Shown in pieces: positions 31,449-39,662 of a DNA stretch of 64,000 nt (positions are counted from its first letter, which is position 1; every line of letters starts with the position of its first letter). Source of the stretch: Promethearchaeota archaeon (GTDB lineage: Archaea; Asgardarchaeota; Lokiarchaeia; Sigyniarchaeales; SOKP01); contig JAHLWP010000006.1 of NCBI GenBank assembly GCA_019057865.1, positions 64,001-128,000 on the forward strand, given 5' to 3'. The notes under the pieces are model-generated. The model was given only the letters and a program-made list of their open reading frames with translations. It made no database searches and was not told the DNA's origin. The position numbers were made by a program, and so were the translations under genes.

Positions 31449-32558
31449 TTAAATTTCTGGTGGACTTGGTAAATCTCTTCTTTTTTCCTTATATTTTTCT
31501 GATCTATTATAATACCTTTTTGTATTACTTAATAGATCCTGCCTTTCAACATGATTTGCAGTGCCTCCGACTAATTTTAAAGAATCATAAAAAAGATCAT
31601 AAGTTAAAAGCTCTGTATTTATTGCCTTTAATATTGCAACTCTAGTACCTCTTTCAATATCAGATCCAGAATATCCATATGTTAATTCTAAAAGTCCATC
31701 TTTCTTTCCTTTTTTATTTATTGCATCCCATAATATATTATTATCAAATTCAGAAATTTTATGACCTAATTTGACTTCCAAATCTTTAGTTATTGCTTGA
31801 ATTTTGTTGAACTCATTGTTTAAATTTGTGAAAATATTATTATCAATGCCTATTTTTGCTTGTTTTAATTTATTAAGAAATGATTCAATAATTTGTTTCC
31901 TTAAATAATAATCGGGGAAATCAAATTTAAAATGAAATGTAAAACGCCGCCAAATTGCTGAATCTAATTGATGCTGATGATTAGTTGCTCCAAATATAGC
32001 TAATGGAACTCCCTCATAATTTATTTTATCAATAACTTGTAAGAAAGAAATAACAGCACGTTTTATTTCTCCTACTTCATGAATATTAGATCTTTCAGAA
32101 CCAATTGCATCAATTTCATCAAAAAATAATATGAAAGCACCTCTTTCTTTTGAAATATCAGCTGCTAGCTCAACAACCCTTCGGATATTTTTTATAGTAT
32201 CTCCTAATAAGGGTGATACTAATCTGTCAGATTCAACTACACAAATAGGTATATTGTATTTCTTAGCAAATCCTCTTGTTAATGATGTTTTCCCCGTACC
32301 TGGTGGACCATATAAAAGAACTGTTAAATTAGGATTTAATTTTGTATTTTTTAGCTGTTCTGTAAATTCATTATATTTTTTAAGGGCTTTAAAAAAATCC
32401 TCTAAAATTTCTTTTTTAACTTCATTTCCCTTAATATCATCAATAAATTCCTTTATATCTGAAGGAAAATAGACAGCACCATATTTACCAATCCGCTCTT
32501 TAATAATATCTTCAGTATAAGTTTCTTTTTTTTCTGATTCATCTTTTTTCTTACTAAT
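31449..32558 (-). CDS. AAA+ ATPase (369 aa), probable ATT start; ORF track shows only the last 110 aa
   Basis: Manual translation is open from 32558 to 31449: LLYGPPGTGKT, FILFFDEIDAIG, ATNH..LDSAIWRRF, YSGSDIE; in-frame TGA two codons upstream of ATT. Confidence 0.88.
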   Translation of the reverse strand: MSKKKDESEKKETYTEDIIKERIGKYGAVYFPSDIKEFIDDIKGNEVKKEILEDFFKALKKYNEFTEQLKNTKLNPNLTVLLYGPPGTGKTSLTRGFAKKYNIPICVVESDRLVSPLLGDTIKNIRRVVELAADISKERGAFILFFDEIDAIGSERSNIHEVGEIKRAVISFLQVIDKINYEGVPLAIFGATNHQHQLDSAIWRRFTFHFKFDFPDYYLRKQIIESFLNKLKQAKIGIDNNIFTNLNNEFNKIQAITKDLEVKLGHKISEFDNNILWDAINKKGKKDGLLELTYGYSGSDIERGTRVAILKAINTELLTYDLFYDSLKLVGGTANHVERQDLLSNTKRYYNRSEKYKEKRRDLPSPPEI

Positions 32559-32584
32559 TTTTCATCATCTCCAATATTTGTATA

Positions 32585-33892
32585 TTATTTATTTTTTCTT
32601 TTATTATCAAATTTTTCACAATAATTTGCAATTTCATTAATAAAATCTTTAAGATTATCAATTTGAGATCCAATAAAATTAAAGATTTCTTTTCTATACT
32701 GAGGAGAATCTCTGATTTTCATCTTATCCAAACTTAAATAATTAGGGAAGCATATAAGTTTCATTAAATAAGGAAGAACTTTCTCATTAGTTTGTAAATC
32801 TTTAAAAATGGCATAAAATATGTTTTCATCAGACAATTTCCACTTTAAAAGACCCATATACATCAAAAATGCAAAATTCATTGAAATCCAATTTATTAAT
32901 TCTTTTGATAAAAATCCTCGTCTTTGTGAAGCAAAAGCTAAATAATACAAAATCAAAGTTTCATTGCTAAATTGGGGATTTAATCTTATTGATCCATCAG
33001 ATTGCTTATTTTCACGTAAGAATTTATTATCTAATAAGATTTGCACAAAATTTTCTTGAGGCGCTAAGAATATTCCATCGATCTCACGTAAACCTATACG
33101 TTCAGCAATTTTTTCTAGAGCTTCTTCTTCTGGATTTGCAATTGAATCGATATATGGCAAAAATACAGTAGTCTTTAAAATCATTGGAAGTTCATAATTT
33201 TTTCTTTCAGGAAATTCTCCAAAATTTGGATCCAAATTATATAATGATGTAATATTATTCATTATTTGATAAATTTTTGGAGACATTCCTGGAATCTCAA
33301 AAAAATCAGTATTTTCTAATTTTTCTCGATAATATGTATGAGGTTGAAGTAAATGTCGTTGGCATTCATAAAATGTTGGAGCATATTCCAATAACGCCTC
33401 ATAAATGATTTTTATATTAGTACCTCTTGGAAATAGTCTTTCTTCTATAAATTTCACTAAAAGATAAAGATACGTATTCTCTATATTAATTTCGTCTGGA
33501 TTTGTAATATATCGTAATATATTTAAGGCATCAACCGATTCCTGAAGAAATTCAACAATATAATCTTTAATATCTATAATGGGAATATTTTCTCTATATT
33601 TAATAATAAAATCCTTTATTATTTCATATATATTTGATCTATACATTGCAGAGAATTCAGAGAGTGCTCTAACTTTGCGAATATTTCTTTTTTCTTCTTC
33701 TTGTCGAATCTTATCTAAAATTTCTGTATCTAGTAAAAGATCTGCGTCTAAATCAATAATTATCCTTCTTGTCTCCCTAAGAATTGGACGCATATGACTT
33801 ATAAATGTTAAATATCGTGGTAAAATATCAGTCCATTTCTCCCTTTTTCGTCCAGGCTTGGTTATTCTTGTAGAACTCCTTTTATAACTCAT
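32585..33892 (-). CDS. Hypothetical protein
   Basis: 435-aa ORF within the co-oriented cluster. Confidence 0.8.
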   Translation of the reverse strand: MSYKRSSTRITKPGRKREKWTDILPRYLTFISHMRPILRETRRIIIDLDADLLLDTEILDKIRQEEEKRNIRKVRALSEFSAMYRSNIYEIIKDFIIKYRENIPIIDIKDYIVEFLQESVDALNILRYITNPDEINIENTYLYLLVKFIEERLFPRGTNIKIIYEALLEYAPTFYECQRHLLQPHTYYREKLENTDFFEIPGMSPKIYQIMNNITSLYNLDPNFGEFPERKNYELPMILKTTVFLPYIDSIANPEEEALEKIAERIGLREIDGIFLAPQENFVQILLDNKFLRENKQSDGSIRLNPQFSNETLILYYLAFASQRRGFLSKELINWISMNFAFLMYMGLLKWKLSDENIFYAIFKDLQTNEKVLPYLMKLICFPNYLSLDKMKIRDSPQYRKEIFNFIGSQIDNLKDFINEIANYCEKFDNKRKNK

Positions 33893-33913
33893 TTTTTAAC
33901 ACATTGATTTTTC

Positions 33914-35053
33914 TTATTCTTCTTCATATCCAACTAATATTTCAGTAAAAATGTTAGAGATCTCAATAAAAATGGGAATCTCCACCCTACATAAGTTACC
34001 AAGTATCCATTTATTAACATCCTTTAATAAGAAACGAATTTGGTTATGGATTTTTTTGTTAATTTCAGAATCAATTATATGAGAAAGCCATAATCCCCCA
34101 CCTATTCTATATGCAATTATTTTGATTAGAGGTTCGAATAAATATTCTAATACTTGTTTCATCATCCAAGATTTCGGTATAACACTCATGCTTTTATTAT
34201 CAAAATTTGGATCATTTAAAATGGGATTTGTTTCATCTATTGATAGTTTTGGCAGGAAGCTTAATAATAAAATTAAGGCTAGTATAGCAGAAATTCCATT
34301 TATTGTATAAGATCCTCCAATTTTTTCAATATCATCTCGGTTTATAGCTACATTTGCTAAAAACATGCAAATAAAAACATTTCTATCAAATAGTTCAGAC
34401 ACATAAGCATATCCTAAGTCTTGGTCAACGATTAAATATTTTTCTTCTAGAATTTTAATTATATCATCCGGAAATGTATAAAAAGTATAAACTTTTTCTT
34501 CACTTCTTCTTATATCCTTTTCAATGACAAGTTCTTTTGAAATGAGCCCAAACATATCAATGAGCTCTTCAAGTTGATTTTTTATATAGTGTTTAGGTTT
34601 ATTTGGATCACCAAACATCGCAAAAAATTGATGATCTACAATATGAAAATCGTTTCTTTTGCTAAACGCCTCAACAATCCTATCAATTATGGGTCCTTGG
34701 GTCCCAGAAGCAATTGCTTTTGCTTTTGAAGTTACAAACCCGTTCAATAATTCATTTATAATAAAATCTTGCTCATGAGTTCTAGATTTCAAAACTTTTT
34801 CAAATGCTTCTGAAAAATTTTTGGTATTAGGAAAGAATGCATTTTGTATTTTATCATTAATAGACTTTGAAAAGATTTCACCATTATTCTTAGGAAAATG
34901 GAGTTGCATATTATTTAGTCTTTGAATTAGCGCCTCTTTTGCTCCCGGAATATTTTCAATATCTCTTTTTTCCAATTCTTCAATAGCTTTTTCAACTCCT
35001 TTTTCAAATTCCTGCAATAATTCTTTCCATATAGCATTCTGAATTTCAGTCAT
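33914..35053 (-). CDS. Hypothetical protein
   Basis: 379-aa ORF within the cluster; GAGG Shine-Dalgarno. Confidence 0.8.
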   Translation of the reverse strand: MTEIQNAIWKELLQEFEKGVEKAIEELEKRDIENIPGAKEALIQRLNNMQLHFPKNNGEIFSKSINDKIQNAFFPNTKNFSEAFEKVLKSRTHEQDFIINELLNGFVTSKAKAIASGTQGPIIDRIVEAFSKRNDFHIVDHQFFAMFGDPNKPKHYIKNQLEELIDMFGLISKELVIEKDIRRSEEKVYTFYTFPDDIIKILEEKYLIVDQDLGYAYVSELFDRNVFICMFLANVAINRDDIEKIGGSYTINGISAILALILLLSFLPKLSIDETNPILNDPNFDNKSMSVIPKSWMMKQVLEYLFEPLIKIIAYRIGGGLWLSHIIDSEINKKIHNQIRFLLKDVNKWILGNLCRVEIPIFIEISNIFTEILVGYEEE

Positions 35054-35069
35054 TTATTCTTTAATACCT

Positions 35070-36047
35070 CTACCTTCTTTCATTTGTTATATTCCAATTT
35101 AGTTCTACTGATATTTTCTTTAAAGCCTCTATTAATGGAGAAACTGACTTTTTATCATAAAAATTTGGTGATGAAACTCCCTTTTGTGCTTTCCAACCCA
35201 TTTGAGTTCCCTCGCCCATTTCTCTTTGTCCATATTTCAAAATATTGCTAAGATCTCGTATCCACCAATAAAACCTTAACCATTTTTTATTTGGATTATC
35301 TTTAGAATAGATAACTGCTAATGCTTTCCATTCACCCATCAGCCATTTTACAGTTATACCGCTCACGGGCATATAAAAATTTATTGGAAAATCTGCTTGA
35401 AAGCGTAGATCGAGATCTGAAGGTGTTATGTTGAATATTGGTTGATTATATCCTTCTAGAATAACAATTTCTCCACAATGTTGACATTCATAATGAGATT
35501 TCCTTTTTTCCATTTTTTTTTGACATCTTGGACATGTTTTATTTTCAATTATCCTATATTTAATAATTTCCAATTGTTTCTCCTTTTCTAATTCTTCTTC
35601 TGTTTTAGGTCGTCGTTTTCCATATTTTCCTGTCCAATTCCATAACTCATCAAATGATTCATCAAATTTTTCTAAAGAATTAATAAGATTGTTAAGAACA
35701 TCCTTATCATAAATTTTAAACATTCCAGCATGTTGATAGGTTTTCCACCAAGATAATCTAATATATTTCTCATTTTTCAAATAAGCACTATGACAAATCA
35801 ATACTGCAAATGCCTGATTTTCTGTTTTATTTAAAAGAATACCTTTCTCACATATCTCATATCTTCGATCTAAACTCAAATTTTTATGAAAATAATCTCC
35901 GTTCTGAATTTCACCCTTTTCAATTTTCATTTCCTCCACTAATTCAGCTATAACGTCTTTTTCTTTAATAATCTTTCTACATTGAGGGCATTGATAAATG
36001 CCTGCAACTAATAATTCCATTTCAATATTACATGAAGGACATTTCAA
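35070..36047 (-). CDS. Internally duplicated [Zn-ribbon + beta domain] protein
   Basis: CPSC..CPQC..KYIRLSWW..IYDK is repeated as CPRC..CQHC..KWLRFYWW..FYDK. Confidence 0.75.
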   Translation of the reverse strand: MKCPSCNIEMELLVAGIYQCPQCRKIIKEKDVIAELVEEMKIEKGEIQNGDYFHKNLSLDRRYEICEKGILLNKTENQAFAVLICHSAYLKNEKYIRLSWWKTYQHAGMFKIYDKDVLNNLINSLEKFDESFDELWNWTGKYGKRRPKTEEELEKEKQLEIIKYRIIENKTCPRCQKKMEKRKSHYECQHCGEIVILEGYNQPIFNITPSDLDLRFQADFPINFYMPVSGITVKWLMGEWKALAVIYSKDNPNKKWLRFYWWIRDLSNILKYGQREMGEGTQMGWKAQKGVSSPNFYDKKSVSPLIEALKKISVELNWNITNERR

Positions 36048-36049
36048 AT

Positions 36050-37150
36050 TTAATCATTCCCACTCAGAATTATAAATCTTTCATAATCTAAATTTAATAA
36101 TTTTAATTCTTTCTTTGTTAGTTTTGAAATTTCATTATTTATTTTTATCAAATTCGTTCTAAGCTTTATCAGGGATTCTTGAATTTTCTTTAGAATATCA
36201 TCCTCATTAAAAGAAACTTTTTTAATGAATTCAAGGTAACCGAGTTTTTTATCTTTTCCAGAATAATACTTTTTAATATCTGCTAGTTTATTATCTACTT
36301 CTTCTAATTGGTATCGGAAATTTATTAAAGATACTAACTTTGAATTCCATTCTTTAAATATAGAATTTTCTTTATCAATCTTATCAAAATCGAATTTTTC
36401 ATTAAGATCCACATTTTCTTCTCTAAGAAATTCTAGAACGTCCTTATTTTCTTCTAGTGCTTTATTAATTTTTTTTACAACAGGTTTAGTATTTAAAATT
36501 GGTTCAAATATTTTAATCAATTCATTTAGTTTTTCTTGAATTTCTTTAAATCGCTGATAGAAACCTTCAATTGTTATTTCGATTTTAATGGCTTGATATA
36601 TATTTCCATATTGATCTAAAATATGATAAAGATCGTCCGATAGTGTGTAATCATGTTCTCCAATTTCAAAAATAAATGCGTGTATTGCACTAGTTTTCTC
36701 ACATCTTACCCCTTTTAATCTAGTAATAGCTAAATTAAAATTTCTTCTTTGGAGAAATTTTAATTTCTTATTAATCATTAAATAGAGAGTATCATCTGGT
36801 ACAGATATTGTATCTTTTTCTATTGTTATTGTCTCATCTCCTAATTTTATGATAAAGTCATCATCTTTAAGTTCAAACTCTCTTGTATTTCGTATATTTT
36901 TAAATAAACCCAAATCAACAGCAACTTCAATAAATTCCTCATTCCAAAAATTTATGATATTTCTTTTATATATTTCATCTAATATTATAATTCTCTCATA
37001 AGATTCAATTATGTTTGGTTCATTTAAATCTTTAAATAAATCATATCTAATAGCATAAAGGAATAGAATAATATATCTCATATCCTTATCTTCTAAAATT
37101 TTATCAATTAAATCCTTATCATAATCTAATGTTAATGTCTTATGCTCCAT
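36050..37150 (-). CDS. Hypothetical protein, C-terminal coiled coil
   Basis: 366-aa ORF, first gene of the cluster. Confidence 0.8.
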   Translation of the reverse strand: MEHKTLTLDYDKDLIDKILEDKDMRYIILFLYAIRYDLFKDLNEPNIIESYERIIILDEIYKRNIINFWNEEFIEVAVDLGLFKNIRNTREFELKDDDFIIKLGDETITIEKDTISVPDDTLYLMINKKLKFLQRRNFNLAITRLKGVRCEKTSAIHAFIFEIGEHDYTLSDDLYHILDQYGNIYQAIKIEITIEGFYQRFKEIQEKLNELIKIFEPILNTKPVVKKINKALEENKDVLEFLREENVDLNEKFDFDKIDKENSIFKEWNSKLVSLINFRYQLEEVDNKLADIKKYYSGKDKKLGYLEFIKKVSFNEDDILKKIQESLIKLRTNLIKINNEISKLTKKELKLLNLDYERFIILSGND

Positions 37151-37360
37151 ACCTAAAGTCCACTAATTATTATTAATACTATAAATTCATTATCGTGAAA
37201 AAGAGTAAGATTGATAATTAAACATTCCTAAAAAATTTTACTAAATTCCTCTTAATTACTAATCCATAAAAGCAAAATTTTTTAGTTTTTATTTCTATTT
37301 GTTTAATAAGAATTTTAAAATTCATGAATTTAGTTTAAACAATTTTTAGAGTTTTTCAAC

Positions 37361-37970
37361 ATGGGAAGAAGAAAAAGGAAACAGCCAACATATAAAAGAG
37401 TTAAAAAAGTACCCAAAATTTTCACCTGCCCGGAATGACGAGATCGACTACTGATTTCTCCCTGAATGTGGTGAAAAAAGTGTAAAAGTTACTGATATAA
37501 AAAAGAAGGGTGCTTTTGCTACAGTAAAATGTGGGAATTGTGGATTAACCCAGGAAGTATTAGTGAATGCAATTTCAGAACCAGTAGATGCTTTTGGAGA
37601 TTTTATAGATATTCATTATGCAGATCAAGAACTCTTGAGATTAGAAAAAAGAGTTGCAAAATTGAAAGAAGAAGGTGAATGGGGTGAACTTGCATTTGCT
37701 TACTCTATATTGTCGGATCTTTGCAGAACGAAAGCAGCACTGTTATTAGAGGAAGATAATATCGATATGGACAAAGTTAATGACTGGAAAATGAAAGCTG
37801 AACAATATAAAAAGCTTAAAAAGGATGCTTTATTGAAACTTGATACAGAAGAATTAGAACGAGGTGTTAGAACAGATGAAGAGTCCTTATTTGCTGAAAG
37901 TGAAACAAAAATAAAGAAGGAGCGAAAAATAGAAGATATCTTTGATGATCCAGGATTTTTAGAATTTTAA
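37361..37970 (+). CDS. elf1: Transcription elongation factor Elf1 with C-terminal extension, split gene: exon 1 37361-37435, exon 2 37467-37970 (192 aa if spliced)
   Basis: Exon 1 MGRRKRK...PKIFTCPE; exon 2 CGEKSVKV...ATVKCGNCGL...SEPVDAFGDFID; separated by a 31-nt insert beginning TGA; TTTAAA ~25 nt upstream of the ATG. Confidence 0.92.
37436..37466 (+). other. Putative 31-nt BHB intron in elf1 mRNA
   Basis: TGACGAGATCGACTACTGATTTCTCCCTGAA; outer helix CUGC/GUGG; central CCGG/CCUG (one mismatch); bulges AA^U and AA^U; inner helix GA(C)GAGAUCG/UGAUUUCUC. Confidence 0.87.
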
Positions 37971-38426
37971 AAATTCATTGTTATGAGACTTAATTATCAT
38001 AATTTAAAATTTTCATCTTAATTTTAGCTGGAATGTGTTTCCAAATTGGTAGTTTTAAGAGATAATTAAAAAACTGCTTTCGGTTTAATTTCTTTTTTAA
38101 TACTAAATAACTCCAATTATGAAATGATAATCGATTAAACAGTTTCATGAGGTTTATATATATATAATTGTCTTTGTAGATCGTGTGCTACATTGACTTT
38201 TTTTTCAATCCTTGGTTTTTCTTCAGAAGGGAGCAATAGTTTCAACCATTTAAATTCACATTAGTACTTATGTAAAATTTTTAAAATTTTTATTTTTACT
38301 TAAAATTCATGGTATAATCTTAAATTTTAATTTCTTAAGAACATAGTAAATTTATAAAAAAAAGTAAGGAACATTGTTTATTTTCAACTAAAAAATAAAC
38401 AGATATTAGTGGTTCTAACTAAAATT

Positions 38427-38849
38427 TCACTCACTTCGACTTTTCCGTCGTGCAAATAGCTCTTTTAATTCTCCCATAATTGCTCCTCTTAATGTAGAGG
38501 GACTGGCAGGACGTCCTCCTCCAGGTGGACCTCCAGGTGGACCCCCAGGTGGTCCTGCAGGGGGAGGTGGGGGGCCTCCGGGACTGGGAGAAGCGACTGT
38601 TGGCGTAACAGTAGGAGATATTGCTGCTCCTGCACCTTTGTTACCACCAAGACTGCTATTAATAGCATTTACTTGAGTTTGTAAACTTGAAACCTTTGAA
38701 TTGATATTTTGGATACTTCGATCAACTAAATCTGGAATTTTAAGAATTATTTGCATAATTTTTTCAATAATATCACCAAAAGCATTAAGTTTTTCTTCTA
38801 ATGGTGCTTTTCGGGTTTCTGAGAGAAAATTTGCGAATTCTTCTGCCAT
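38427..38849 (-). CDS. Coiled-coil + polyproline + C-terminal amphipathic helix protein
   Basis: GGPPPPPAGPPGGPPGGPPGGG followed by LRGAIMGELKELFARRK. Confidence 0.85.
   Translation of the reverse strand: MAEEFANFLSETRKAPLEEKLNAFGDIIEKIMQIILKIPDLVDRSIQNINSKVSSLQTQVNAINSSLGGNKGAGAAISPTVTPTVASPSPGGPPPPPAGPPGGPPGGPPGGGRPASPSTLRGAIMGELKELFARRKSRSE
38521..38556. repeat. 3 x 12-nt coding tandem repeat (GPPG units)
   Basis: ccaggtggacct ccaggtggaccc ccaggtggtcct. Confidence 0.8.
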
Positions 38850-38948
38850 ATAATACTTCCTATTTAATTTATTAAAGATCTAAATTCCTTTATCTAATAA
38901 TTATATAGATTTTTGTTTAATAAATTTAAGTTTAAACGAAAAATATAT

Positions 38949-39569
38949 CTAACTTAATTCAGTAACAGTATCTTTTAACTTAATCCATAATGTATTAATC
39001 TCTTTTTTTACTTCTTTAAATTGATGGATTTTTTTAATTAGTATGTCACGAGACCTATCAAAATCACGTTGAACGTCATTCAATTCTTGATCGAGGATAT
39101 TCAATTTATCACCATCAACTAATTTATTTTTAACTTTTTCGACGTTTAATGCCTTTTTTATCACAATTGATCTTTTATTGGCCACATCAGATAAAGCATT
39201 AGCAAATTCCTTTTTCTTTTCTACTAAATAGTCTTTTTGTACAGCTAAATCTTTTATTGCGTTTAAATATCTTTTATTACCCTCGATGTATTTGTCATTT
39301 TGAGTAATAATTTCCTTATATAGATTTACTTCCTCATCTTTAATATTAGATCTATGCTCTCTAGCTAAAGTTTGCATTTGCTTTAAAACGTCTCTAAAAG
39401 TTCGATTAAGCATTTCTCGAGTTATATTGGCTTTTGTAATGTTTTCAGCATATTTTGATTGAATACTAATTAAGGCACTCTGGGCATTAATTAATTTCTT
39501 TAGTTGCCCCACTAATTCTTTTTCCATTTTAGCTAACTCAAGTTCATCTTCATGAGTTATAATCGGCAT
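38949..39569 (-). CDS. All-helical coiled-coil protein (possible BAR-like fold)
   Basis: 206 aa of continuous heptads; Pro only at residue 2. Confidence 0.75.
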   Translation of the reverse strand: MPIITHEDELELAKMEKELVGQLKKLINAQSALISIQSKYAENITKANITREMLNRTFRDVLKQMQTLAREHRSNIKDEEVNLYKEIITQNDKYIEGNKRYLNAIKDLAVQKDYLVEKKKEFANALSDVANKRSIVIKKALNVEKVKNKLVDGDKLNILDQELNDVQRDFDRSRDILIKKIHQFKEVKKEINTLWIKLKDTVTELS

Positions 39570-39662
39570 TTTATTAAATCTCTTTTATTTATGTGTTTTT
39601 TATTTTTTAATTAAACTATATGTTAATCAAAATAACATCTTTATTTATTTTTATGTTCTAAT

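Noticed and set aside
37436-37438. TGA at the Cys position of Elf1 read as selenocysteine
   Set aside because: The downstream Elf1 sequence is 31 nt away and out of frame, and the real TGT codon is present in exon 2. Sec readthrough cannot restore the protein.
37980-38250. Possible decayed gene on the minus strand (MVETIAPF*...)
   Set aside because: Multiple stops and no recognisable family; cannot be supported.
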